This document shows, in pieces, positions 8,128-16,740 of a DNA stretch of 64,000 nucleotides (within the stretch, counting starts at the first letter, position 1; the number at the start of each line of letters is the position of its first letter). The notes under the pieces were generated by a model, which saw only the letters and a program-made list of their open reading frames with translations, ran no database searches and was not told where the DNA came from. Origin of the DNA: an uncultured Thermodesulfobacteriota bacterium (GTDB lineage: Bacteria; Desulfobacterota; DSWW01). The position numbers and the translations under genes are program-made. Location: NCBI GenBank assembly GCA_964384945.1, contig CAYLMK010000004.1:1-64000 (forward strand). Reading direction: 5' to 3'.

Positions 8128-8934
8128 CTACTTCGCCTTCGGGGCCAGGGGCACGTACGCGGCCGGCTCGATGACCCGGAAAGTGAAGCTCTCGGTGACG
8201 AAGAGGGTGACTTCGGTGCTCGTGTGCGACTGGTAGCCCACCGCGAAGTCCTGGCCGATGATCAATTCCAGATCCTGGCCCCGCGTCGACACGAGGAACC
8301 CGCCCTTGGAGGAATGGCTGTAGACGATGGGTCCGCCCAGAAGACCCTGGACATGCTGCTGCAGGGGGAATCCCTCGGCGTAGCTTGCCACCAGCTGCCA
8401 GAGGTCCGGGTTTACGACCAGTGCGTAAGGGCCGCCGATGGAGGCCGCGATCAGGATGCCGACGCCCTGGGAGACGGCCTCGAGGAACCCCGCAGGGGTC
8501 TTTGCGAAGGCGATCGGCTTGTGGCGGCAGGCCTGCTGCATACCGACGATGCAGGCCGGCTCGAATCCGTTGAGGATCGCGTTCTCTTCGAACAAGGCGA
8601 TCTTTCGGGAGGCATCTTCGAGGGACTTGAGTTCGATATCTTTGGCGCCGCGGATGATATTGTCGAGCTCCCAGACATCCAGAACGAAGGAGGCGCGGCA
8701 CTCGACCAGGGGCTGCACCGCGTGGATACCGTACTGGACATCTTCCTTTTTCTGTCCTTTCGGCACCTCGAGGCGTCCGAGCGGAACGGCCGCGTAGTCC
8801 CAGCCCTGGGGCCCCACCACATCGACGAATTTGCGAGCGGACAGATAGGCCGTGAGCACCAGCCTAGCCTGTCGGTCGATCTCCTGCCAGGCTTCGAGCG
8901 TGATCGGTGCGAGGGTTCGCTTCAGAATGTCCAT
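8128..8934 (-). CDS. enc: Family 1 encapsulin nanocompartment shell protein (Linocin_M18-like, HK97 fold), 268 aa
   Basis: MDILKRTLAPITLEAWQEIDRQAR...FVDVVGPQGWDYAAVPLG...FVLDVWELDN...GPYALVVNPDLWQ...LIIGQDFAVGYQSHTSTEVTLFVTESFTFRVIEPAAYVPL is collinear with Thermotoga/Myxococcus encapsulins (MEFLKRSFAPLT...FTFQVVNPEA). The 614-aa ORF in the track is an upstream read-through, and the true ATG is at 8932-8934. Confidence 0.85.
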   Translation of the reverse strand: MDILKRTLAPITLEAWQEIDRQARLVLTAYLSARKFVDVVGPQGWDYAAVPLGRLEVPKGQKKEDVQYGIHAVQPLVECRASFVLDVWELDNIIRGAKDIELKSLEDASRKIALFEENAILNGFEPACIVGMQQACRHKPIAFAKTPAGFLEAVSQGVGILIAASIGGPYALVVNPDLWQLVASYAEGFPLQQHVQGLLGGPIVYSHSSKGGFLVSTRGQDLELIIGQDFAVGYQSHTSTEVTLFVTESFTFRVIEPAAYVPLAPKAK

Positions 8935-9060
8935 TCGTCTCTCCTTTCCTCTTTCTTTTTGCATATACTGTTGCTCGGAACATGGGAAAGGGTTCAAAAA
9001 CGTGGTATGAGTGGAAACCGGCACTTCCTTGCCAGCGGGCTCGAACCGGGAGGCGCAAAC

Positions 9061-9948
9061 ATGAGCTACGAGACCATTCTTTACGGGAGAAAGGGAAGGA
9101 TCGGGACGATCACCCTGAACCGGCCCGAGAAGTTCAACACCATACGGCCGCCCATGCCTGCGGAGATCGAATCGGCTCTGGCGGAAGCGAATGCGGACGG
9201 AGAAGTGCGGGTCATCGTCCTGCAGGGAGCGGGCGAGGCCTTTTGCGCCGGCTTCGATTTTTCCGGGGGACTCGAGCACTTCGCCGGCTGGGGCGGGCAG
9301 CCCGACGGCCGGGCCTGGGACCCGGGAAGGGACCTGATGATGGTGGCGAGCCCGTTCACAGGCCCTGTGCCCAAGTTCATGAGCATCTGGAGAAGCCCCA
9401 AGCCGGTGATCGCCAAGGTGCACGGATGGTGCGTGGGCGGCGGCTCGGACATGGCCCTTCTTTCCGACGTGATCATCGCAGCCGAGGACGCAAGATTCGG
9501 CACCCCCTATTCCAGGGTCTGGGGGTGCTACCTGACCGGGATGTGGTTCTACCGCCTGGGGCTGACGAAGACCAAGCTGCTCGCCCTGACCGGGGACAGC
9601 CTGTCCGGCAGGGAGGCGGCCGAGATGGACCTCATCAACATCGCGGTTCCGAGGGACAAGCTCGATGAGGAGGTCGAGTACTGGGCGAACCGGATGGCCC
9701 AGTGCCCCGTCTCCCAGCTCGCGGCCATGAAGCTCTCCGTGAACCAGGCTTTTGACAACATGGGGCTCGCCAACACCCAGCTTGTCGGGTCGATCCTCGA
9801 CGGCTACATGCGGAACACGCCCGAGGCCCTGGAGTTCGTCAAGACGGCCAAGGAGAAGGGAGTGGCGGCAGCCATCGCCGAGAGGGACCGGCCCTTCGGG
9901 GACTACAGCCAGGGGCCTCCCTCCATGAAGCCCGCCCGCGGGAAATAG
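9061..9948 (+). CDS. Enoyl-CoA hydratase/isomerase (crotonase family)
   Basis: ITLNRPEKFN...VLQGAGEAFCAGFDF...AKVHGWCVGGGSDMAL is the canonical crotonase oxyanion-hole region. The ATG at 9061 is the start, divergent from the encapsulin gene. Confidence 0.85.
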   Translation: MSYETILYGRKGRIGTITLNRPEKFNTIRPPMPAEIESALAEANADGEVRVIVLQGAGEAFCAGFDFSGGLEHFAGWGGQPDGRAWDPGRDLMMVASPFTGPVPKFMSIWRSPKPVIAKVHGWCVGGGSDMALLSDVIIAAEDARFGTPYSRVWGCYLTGMWFYRLGLTKTKLLALTGDSLSGREAAEMDLINIAVPRDKLDEEVEYWANRMAQCPVSQLAAMKLSVNQAFDNMGLANTQLVGSILDGYMRNTPEALEFVKTAKEKGVAAAIAERDRPFGDYSQGPPSMKPARGK

Positions 9949-10066
9949 CGGAAGGCGGGGCCCGGCAAACAAACGGGCAGGGTCTTGCGACCGTCCGCGT
10001 CGGCCCCTGCATCAAATGCATTGGGGAATTCATGCAAACACGAAACCTGCGTTGGGAGGTGCAAGG

Positions 10067-10612
10067 ATGCGGCTGACCGCGGGAGACAAGGCAAGGGATT
10101 TCGAAGTGAAGGATCTTTCGGGCAGCAAGGTTTCCCTTGGGGAGTATCGGGGCAAGCGGTTGATGCTGTCTTTTTACCGGTACGCGTCGTGTCCCTTGTG
10201 CAACCTGAGGGTTCACGAACTTGCCGGGCATTACGATTCCATGAAGGAGAAGGGCTTGCTTATGCTCGCCTTTTTCCAGTCGCCGGAGGACAGTATCCGC
10301 CGATACGTGGGCAAGCAGGATCCCCCCTTCAGGATCGTGGCCGATCCGGAACGGAAGGTGTACCGCCTCTACGGGGTCGAGTCCTCATGGGCGGGTTTCC
10401 TGAAGGGATCCCTCCGGGTCTCCTCGATGATCGCTGCCGCAGGTAAGGGCTTTTTCCCCGGCAAGATGGAGGGCGACAAGGCGATGATACCGGCCGATTT
10501 CCTCATCGGCCCGGACCTGATCGTAGAGAGGGCCTACTACGGAGCCGATATCGGGGACCACATGCCTCTGGAGGACATCACGGCCTGGCTGGCGTCTTCG
10601 AAAAGCGAATAG
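10067..10612 (+). CDS. Thioredoxin-fold redoxin (AhpC/TSA-like, CxxC)
   Basis: The DFEVKDLSGSKVSL...SCPLC motif indicates a redoxin. A GGAGG RBS sits 8 nt upstream of the ATG at 10067. Confidence 0.7.
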   Translation: MRLTAGDKARDFEVKDLSGSKVSLGEYRGKRLMLSFYRYASCPLCNLRVHELAGHYDSMKEKGLLMLAFFQSPEDSIRRYVGKQDPPFRIVADPERKVYRLYGVESSWAGFLKGSLRVSSMIAAAGKGFFPGKMEGDKAMIPADFLIGPDLIVERAYYGADIGDHMPLEDITAWLASSKSE

Positions 10613-10619
10613 TGCCGTA

Positions 10620-11684
10620 TCAATCTTCCTCCAGGATTCCGTCCTTGAGTGCCTTCAGGTTGGGAACCGGCATCGGCGAAAGGAAGCCGTTCTCCGGGTT
10701 GAACATCATGCGGTAGGACACCGCCGCATTGCCCTGCCGGCTCATCACGTCCCATCCCCGCACCAGATAAGGGCACTCGTCGTTGAAGCAGATGTACATG
10801 TAGTCGTGTTGCCAGATGTTGAAAGGCGAATCCGGGATCAGCCACTTCTTCATCTTCCGGCCGCAGTGGGGGCAACACAGGGTCCTTTTGACCTCCTCTC
10901 GCTGCGCCCGCATCTGTTCGGCCGTCAGGGTCCGCGCTTCTTCCTGCGGGATGGACGGCCTTCGGATTCTCTTCGGATCCCCGCCCTTCTTCTCGGCATA
11001 GACAGCATAGATCGGATCACTCGGAAGCCCGCTGTCCGCGTACTTGTCATCCTTGGGCCTGGGCTTTCCCTTCGAGGTGAAAACCACCGGCTTCTCGAAT
11101 CGTTCGCCGGCCCCGAAGTAGTCTTCCACCAGCAGGATACGTTCCGGCTCGCTCGATTCCCTCCAGACCTTCACCACCTTTTCCGGAAACATGCGGTTGG
11201 AAAAGATGACCAGGAAAAGCCCCCCCGGCTTGAGTATTCTCGCCACCTCGCGAAACACCTGAAAGGGCTTGATCATGTAGTCCACGGAGGCCGTGTTCAG
11301 GACCACATCGAAGCGGTTGTCTTCAAAGGGCAGGACGGGATCCATGTTCAGGTCGTGCAGTACGATTTCCGTCAGGGCCCGGTTCCTGGAAAGCTCGTTT
11401 TCATTCAGGCCGAGGCCCACGACCTCGTCGGCATCGATGGATTTGGGGATGTGGGAGTCCCACCCGGCCATCAGATCCAGGATGGCCGGCCTCTTTTCCA
11501 CGACAAGCGTCCTGATGAGTCTCTCGACCGTGGCCAGGGCCACCGCGTCGAGGTGTTCCACAAACCGGTCACGGGAATAGAAATGCCTGTCATCGGATTC
11601 GTCGTTCCTGGAGAATCCGTCCCCGCTGTTCAAGAACTCCTCCATGCTGCAGCGAGCATTTTCTTCGAGGTGGGGGCTGTTCAT
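10620..11684 (-). CDS. Class I SAM-dependent methyltransferase with C-terminal zinc-ribbon
   Basis: VLDLMAGWDSH...VVLNTASVDYM...LKPGGLFLV are methyltransferase motifs I-III. The C-terminal CCPHCG...CFNDECPY is a Zn ribbon. The start is at MNSPHLE (ATG 11682-11684). Confidence 0.7.
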   Translation of the reverse strand: MNSPHLEENARCSMEEFLNSGDGFSRNDESDDRHFYSRDRFVEHLDAVALATVERLIRTLVVEKRPAILDLMAGWDSHIPKSIDADEVVGLGLNENELSRNRALTEIVLHDLNMDPVLPFEDNRFDVVLNTASVDYMIKPFQVFREVARILKPGGLFLVIFSNRMFPEKVVKVWRESSEPERILLVEDYFGAGERFEKPVVFTSKGKPRPKDDKYADSGLPSDPIYAVYAEKKGGDPKRIRRPSIPQEEARTLTAEQMRAQREEVKRTLCCPHCGRKMKKWLIPDSPFNIWQHDYMYICFNDECPYLVRGWDVMSRQGNAAVSYRMMFNPENGFLSPMPVPNLKALKDGILEED

Positions 11685-11802
11685 CGATTCCTTCCTTTCT
11701 GTACCACCACGGCGCGTTCCCTTTACCGTGCGTCGGATGCCGAAATCGGGTTGATAACCTGGCCTGCCTCCCCAAGTGGGGAGGGATAATAAAGTCGTAT
11801 AT

Positions 11803-11860
11803 CTGCCGCGGCTGAGCCGCGGGCGAAGCGGCGGTATTGCTCGCCGTGACGACCGTCGGA
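11803..11860. repeat. Copy B of the ~58-nt conserved intergenic element
   Basis: ~90% identical to 6526-6583. A 14-bp inverted repeat (ATCTGCCGCGGCTG at 11801-11814 and CAGCCGCGGCAGAT at 11900-11913) brackets the element. Confidence 0.55.
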
Positions 11861-11946
11861 TCAAGCCGCCTGATGGACGGCGCTCCGCGCCGGCCTCAGG
11901 CGGCTGCTCCAGCCGCGGCAGATGGCACGGCGCGAAGCGTCCGTGC

Positions 11947-11962
11947 CATCTAAATTTAGATG
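11947..11962. promoter_or_regulatory. Perfect AT-rich 16-bp palindrome CATCTAAATTTAGATG (candidate operator)
   Basis: It is a perfect palindrome, very AT-rich in a 65% GC background, and flanked by CGTGCC/GGCACG. It lies ~260 nt upstream of the minus-strand methyltransferase start. Confidence 0.3.
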
Positions 11963-12036
11963 CAATGGTGGGCACGTTCCGTCGCTCGGCAACCGCAGAC
12001 CATTGGGAGGAAATCGGTAGCCGGAAACTACCCCCC

Positions 12037-12870
12037 TCAGCGGGACAGGCCTCGAAGGAATTCCAGCACCGCCCGGTTCCATCGGCCCGGATCTTCGAAG
12101 TAGGTGGAATGCCCGCTCGCCGGTATCTCGATGACCCGGGCACCTGCCATGAAACCCGCGGCAGCCCGGATGTCCTCGCCGGGAAACAGGGGATCCAGGG
12201 AGGAGGCCACGAAGAGCACAGGGGCCGCAAGCCCCCGGAGATCATCCTTCGTATAGCCAGTCTGCATCAGTTCCAGGAAGGCCGACATGGGGGTGGGCGG
12301 CGCGAGGCTCGAGATCTGCGTGTACAGAAAGGCCCTGGCAGGCTCCCTTTCCGGGAAGTCCGGGGCCAGGCAGGGATGCTCCCCGCCTACGGGCAGGTTC
12401 GGCTGGAGAAGTGCTGCGGCGACACGTTCGCGGGCCTGCCGGGTCTCCTCGGAGGGGTCCGAAACCCGGATGCCGCCGATCGTGTTGGCCATGACCAGGG
12501 ACCTGACACGGTCGGGATACCGCAGGGCGAACCCCAGAATGACCCATCCGCCCATGGACTGGCCCACGAGATGGGCCCTGTCGATTGCCAGGTGGTCCAG
12601 AAGGGCCGCCAGGTCCATGACCGCAGCGCCGGGCCCGGATCGATCCGACCGATTCGTGGAACGGCCGAAGCCGCGCTGATCCCAGGTAACGACCCTGTAC
12701 CGGGATACGAAGACAGGAACCTGCTGATACCAGCTCGCGTGGTTTCCTCCCGCCCCGTGGCAGAACACGACAGCCTCCCCCTCGCCGGAGGCCTCGTAAT
12801 AGATCTCCTCGCCGTCGGAGGCGAGGAACCCTGTCGAGCGCTCGAACGCCTTCCTGCCAGGCTCTTGCAT
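12037..12870 (-). CDS. Alpha/beta-fold hydrolase
   Basis: HLVGQSMGG nucleophile elbow, HGAGG oxyanion region and C-terminal His. Confidence 0.8.
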   Translation of the reverse strand: MQEPGRKAFERSTGFLASDGEEIYYEASGEGEAVVFCHGAGGNHASWYQQVPVFVSRYRVVTWDQRGFGRSTNRSDRSGPGAAVMDLAALLDHLAIDRAHLVGQSMGGWVILGFALRYPDRVRSLVMANTIGGIRVSDPSEETRQARERVAAALLQPNLPVGGEHPCLAPDFPEREPARAFLYTQISSLAPPTPMSAFLELMQTGYTKDDLRGLAAPVLFVASSLDPLFPGEDIRAAAGFMAGARVIEIPASGHSTYFEDPGRWNRAVLEFLRGLSR

Positions 12871-12880
12871 GGGCGACCTC

Positions 12881-13315
12881 TCAAAGGGTGATGTGGTAGG
12901 AATCGGTGACCCCGTCGAGAAAAAGAAAGCTCTTCGCCCTTACCGATATGACCTCAGCCTCCGGGTGGCTCAGAAACTGCTTCATGTCGGGATGCCGGAC
13001 CAGGAACTGCTCCAGGATCCGCTTCCTCTTCCCCTCGTTCTCAACCGCGTGAAAGATGCCGTGTACGGTCAGGGCCTGGATCTTTTCCCGCTCGATGGGC
13101 AATCGATCGCACCGGTTGTCCACGAGGAGGCTCACCTGCTCATTGGCGAGAAGGTTCGCGTACTTGGTCGTGGCTCTGTGCGTAACCATGTAGATCCATT
13201 CCGCTTCCTCGTCCGCCACATAGGCCATCAGCGAGCAGTGAGGCTTGCCCTCCCGCGCGGTTGCCAGGACGCACATGTCCTTTTCTTTGAGAAACGACTT
13301 GATTCGGTCTTGCAT
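12881..13315 (-). CDS. Pyridoxamine 5'-phosphate oxidase-like FMN-binding protein
   Basis: ~144 aa split-barrel pattern (...CVLATAREGKPHCSLMAYV...). Confidence 0.65.
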   Translation of the reverse strand: MQDRIKSFLKEKDMCVLATAREGKPHCSLMAYVADEEAEWIYMVTHRATTKYANLLANEQVSLLVDNRCDRLPIEREKIQALTVHGIFHAVENEGKRKRILEQFLVRHPDMKQFLSHPEAEVISVRAKSFLFLDGVTDSYHITL

Positions 13316-13459
13316 TCTCGGGTGCCTTTCGCCTCTGTCCTCCGGATGATTCCCTCGGGGCGGGGCGGGCCTCGGAGGAATCCCTCTCGTTGCACGTAGA
13401 TTCTCAGGTACATTCTAGGGAACTTCCCGGGGGCAGGCAAATCGATCCGTTCGGTCGCC

Positions 13460-14992
13460 TCATCCGCAGCGAACGCGCGGGTCGAGGCTCGGGTCGAAGG
13501 GAACAGGCCCGGCGACCACCGGTCTTCCGACACGCTGCGCAATCGTCCGCAGCATTCCCCGGAAGAGCCACACGTGGACCGGATAGAAGGCCCACCAGTA
13601 AAGAATCCCGAAAATTCCCCTGGGGAGAAATGTGGAGATCTGCCGCAGCTCGCTCTCCCCGTCTGCCGTCCGCATCACGCGAAACTCCAGGGTGGCCTCT
13701 CCGGGAAGCTTCATTTCGGCGAGCAGCAAGAGCCGGTTCGGCGGGCTCACCTCCAGGACCCTCCAGAAGTCCAGGGCGTCTCCGGCGTACAGTTCCTCGG
13801 GATGCCTGCGGCCCCTCCGTATCCCGCTCCCCCCTGAAAGCATGTCCATCCAGCCGCGAACGACCCAGAGAAAATCCCCGAAATACCAGCCGTTGGAACC
13901 GCCCAGCCTGCTGATGGGCACCCAGAGCTCCTCCGGCTCGGCCCGCAGCCGGATGCGGTGGGCGCACGTCAGCGCGGTTCCCCCGGCATACGGGGCATCC
14001 CCTTCCCGGACCCACTCAGGGGGCGCAACGCTGCCTGCATCGGTCCAGCTCGTCTCCACGCGCTGCTGCGCGACCCGCTCGAGGGCGAGGCGTATGGCCT
14101 CCCGGCAGGTCAGGCGGGCGCCGGGTATCATATCCAGGATCCGGTTGTCCTTGCACAGGACCGGAACCGAGAGCCCTTCGGCCAGAGGCCTGGCGATCGA
14201 GGCGTGGACCGGGGTAACCAGATGGATCCAGTAGGAACTGAGCCTCGGTGTAAGGACCGGAACCGGCACGACCAGGCGCTTTCTCAGGCGGGCCTCTTCC
14301 GCATATATGTCCATGATCTGACGGTAGGTCAGGATCTCCGGGCCCCCGATCTCCAGGATTTCGCCTCGGGTCTCATCGTTCTCCAGACAACCCTTGAGAT
14401 AGCGAAGAACGTCCCGGATCGCGATCGGCTGGGACGGCGTGCGCACCCATCGGGGCGTGACCATGACCGGAAGTCGGTCGACCAGATAGCGCAGAATCTC
14501 GAAGGAAGCGCTTCCGGACCCCAGGATCATGCCGCACCGGAGGTAGGTGCAGGGAACCGGGCCGGAACGCAGAATTCCGGCCACTTCGTGGCGGGAACGA
14601 AGATGCTTGCTCAGGACGCCCCCCTCTTCCCCGAGACCTCCGAGGTAGATGATCCGATCGGCGCCCGCGTCCCGCGCGGCCGCCGCCATGTTGGCCGCCG
14701 CTTCCCGGTCCTTCTGCTCGAAGCTCCTGTGGGAGCCGCTCATGGAGTGCACGAGGTAGTAGATCGCCCAGCACCCTTGCGCGGCCCGGGTTAAGGAATC
14801 CCGGTCCAGGGCGTCGCCGGCCGCGATCTCTATGCGCGGGTGCCCTGCCCAGGGCCGGCAGGTCAGCTTGCCCACGGAACGGGCCATGGCCCGGACCCTG
14901 TAGCCTGATTCGAGGAGGAGAGGAACGAGCCTCCCTCCCACATAACCGGTTGCCCCGGTGACCAGAACCGGCCCGGACCTGTTCGTAACCAT
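13460..14992 (-). CDS. NAD(P)H-binding NmrA/SDR-like domain fused to DUF2867-like C-terminal domain
   Basis: N-terminal VLVTGATGYVGGRLV Rossmann motif. The ~250-aa C-terminal domain contains WYFGDFLW. Confidence 0.65.
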   Translation of the reverse strand: MVTNRSGPVLVTGATGYVGGRLVPLLLESGYRVRAMARSVGKLTCRPWAGHPRIEIAAGDALDRDSLTRAAQGCWAIYYLVHSMSGSHRSFEQKDREAAANMAAAARDAGADRIIYLGGLGEEGGVLSKHLRSRHEVAGILRSGPVPCTYLRCGMILGSGSASFEILRYLVDRLPVMVTPRWVRTPSQPIAIRDVLRYLKGCLENDETRGEILEIGGPEILTYRQIMDIYAEEARLRKRLVVPVPVLTPRLSSYWIHLVTPVHASIARPLAEGLSVPVLCKDNRILDMIPGARLTCREAIRLALERVAQQRVETSWTDAGSVAPPEWVREGDAPYAGGTALTCAHRIRLRAEPEELWVPISRLGGSNGWYFGDFLWVVRGWMDMLSGGSGIRRGRRHPEELYAGDALDFWRVLEVSPPNRLLLLAEMKLPGEATLEFRVMRTADGESELRQISTFLPRGIFGILYWWAFYPVHVWLFRGMLRTIAQRVGRPVVAGPVPFDPSLDPRVRCG

Positions 14993-15157
14993 GAATACCT
15001 CCTCTCACGCGATTCACGCGGTCAAGCGCTCGAAAGAAAGGGATGCATGCATCCCTCATAACGATCCATGCATCTCTTCCCTCGACGGCAAGAGAGCCCC
15101 GGCCCTGCCGACGTCTATCGATGAGCAGCCTCTCCAGCCCCCAGGAAGAGAAGAACC

Positions 15158-16624
15158 TTGCCGAAGGTACCCGAGATCCGAATCCGGCTTGCCAACCAGT
15201 CCCCGGTCAATCCCCGCGGGGATTTCGTCCTGTACTGGATGATAGCAGCCCGGAGAGTCGAGAGAAACTTCGGGCTCCAGCGGGCCGTGGAGTGGTGTAC
15301 GGAACTCGGCAAGCCGCTGGTGGTGTTGGAGGCGCTTCGCTGCGGCTACCCATGGGCCAGCGACAGGCTTCACCGGTTCATCCTGGACGGGATGGTCGAC
15401 AACCGCGAGCGGCTGCTGGGAAAGCCGGTGCTCTACTACCCGTACCTCGAGTTCGCCCACGGCGAAGGAAAAGGCCTTCTGCGCGCCATGGCCGAACTGT
15501 CCTGCACCGTCGTGACCGACGATTTTCCGACCTTCTTTCTTCCCCGCATGCTCGAGGCCGCCGGGCCGAGGCTTCCGGTCCGCCTTGAGGCCGTGGACTC
15601 GAACGGAATCCTCCCCATGGCCGCCACGGACCGTGTGTTCCTGACCGCCTTCTCGTTCCGGAGGTTTCTGCAGGGCACATTGCGGGAGCACCTGGGGTCT
15701 GCGCCGGTGGAGGATCCTATCGGGGGCGCTTCTCTGCCTGCCCCTCCTGCTATCACCGGCAAACTCCGAAAAAGATGGCCCGTCGCGGGCCCCGGGGTTC
15801 TTGCTGCCGATGCCCAAGGGTTGAAGGCCTTCGCGATCGACCACCGGGTGGAGCCCTCTCCGATCCGCGGCGGCGCGAAAGAGGCCTCCGCCGCCCTGGA
15901 CAGGTTCCTGGCAGAGCGGCTCGACCGTTACGCCGAGGAGGGAAATCACCCTGACAGCGAGGTAACCAGCGGCCTTTCTCCCTACCTTCACTTCGGGCAC
16001 ATCTCCTCCCACGAAGTCTTCGCCCGGCTCGCCCGGCACGAGGCGTGGTCCCCGCGCCGGCTCGCTGCAAAGGCCACGGGCGGCAGGTCCGGCTGGTGGC
16101 GGATGAGCGAGGGGGCGGAACGGTTCCTCGACCAGTTGATCACCTGGCGGGAACTGGGCTACAACATGTGCTCCAAGAGATCGGATCACATGGACTTCGA
16201 CTCCCTGCCCGACTGGGCCAGGGAAACCCTGGAGCGGCATGCCCGGGATCCTCGCCACACCGTCTATTCGTTGCAGGAGTTTGAGGCCGCCCGAACCCAC
16301 GATCCCCTCTGGAATGCGGCCCAGAGGCAACTGCTCCGGGAAGGGCGCATACACAACTACCTTCGCATGATCTGGGGAAAGAAGATCCTCGAATGGTCGC
16401 CTTCCCCCCGGCAGGCCCTGGCGATCATGATCGAACTGAACGACAAGTACGCTCTGGACGGCAGGGACCCGAACTCCTACAGCGGGATCTTCTGGACGCT
16501 GGGACGCTACGACCGACCCTGGGCGCCGGAGCGCCCGATTCTTGGAAAGATTCGGTACATGAGTTCGGGCAACACGGAGCGAAAGCTCCGCCTCAAGAAC
16601 TACCTCAAGCGTTACGGTTCCTGA
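15158..16624 (+). CDS. phr: Class II CPD deoxyribodipyrimidine photolyase
   Basis: FVLYWMIAARRVERNFGLQRA and the C-terminal ...EFEAARTHDPLWNAAQRQLLREGRIHNYLRMIWGKKILEWS...LDGRDPNSYSGIFW...GKIRYMS are near-diagnostic of class II photolyases. Confidence 0.85.
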   Translation: MPKVPEIRIRLANQSPVNPRGDFVLYWMIAARRVERNFGLQRAVEWCTELGKPLVVLEALRCGYPWASDRLHRFILDGMVDNRERLLGKPVLYYPYLEFAHGEGKGLLRAMAELSCTVVTDDFPTFFLPRMLEAAGPRLPVRLEAVDSNGILPMAATDRVFLTAFSFRRFLQGTLREHLGSAPVEDPIGGASLPAPPAITGKLRKRWPVAGPGVLAADAQGLKAFAIDHRVEPSPIRGGAKEASAALDRFLAERLDRYAEEGNHPDSEVTSGLSPYLHFGHISSHEVFARLARHEAWSPRRLAAKATGGRSGWWRMSEGAERFLDQLITWRELGYNMCSKRSDHMDFDSLPDWARETLERHARDPRHTVYSLQEFEAARTHDPLWNAAQRQLLREGRIHNYLRMIWGKKILEWSPSPRQALAIMIELNDKYALDGRDPNSYSGIFWTLGRYDRPWAPERPILGKIRYMSSGNTERKLRLKNYLKRYGS

Positions 16625-16740
16625 ATGATTCAGGCTCGCAGGAGGAAAGGGGCGGATATTATGCTTCTACCCGCCCCTGTCGGACCGCGGGTTCAAGATG
16701 CTCACATGCAGGAGGTGAGCCGAATGAAACGGTCTCATGT

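Noticed and set aside
6638-8701. 687-aa minus-strand ORF overlapping the ACAD and encapsulin genes, and similar long antisense ORFs (1598-2794+, 4956-6416+, 15056-16354-, 24385-27666-, 37429-39789-, 37932-40265+, 43841-46723+, 46904-48370+)
   Set aside because: Their translations are Arg/Pro/Gly-rich low-complexity sequences without recognisable motifs. They lie antisense to well-supported genes. Long stop-free antisense frames are expected at 65% GC.
9031-9060. tRNA-like T-loop sequence (GGTTCGAGCCC) on the minus strand
   Set aside because: The flanking sequences cannot form a T-stem or acceptor stem. It lies within the 5' UTR of the crotonase gene, so it is not a tRNA.
9880-9948. Crotonase C-terminus (…GDYSQGPPSMKPARGK) as an encapsulin cargo-targeting peptide
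   Set aside because: It lacks the GSLxIGSL(K/R)-type hydrophobic motif of family-1 targeting peptides. The basic or Pro-rich tail is more likely unstructured.
8935-9972. Upstream 346-codon extension of the encapsulin ORF (614 aa in the track)
   Set aside because: The encapsulin homology starts exactly at MDILKRTL (ATG 8934). The extension overlaps the divergent crotonase gene in antisense and has no shell-protein similarity.
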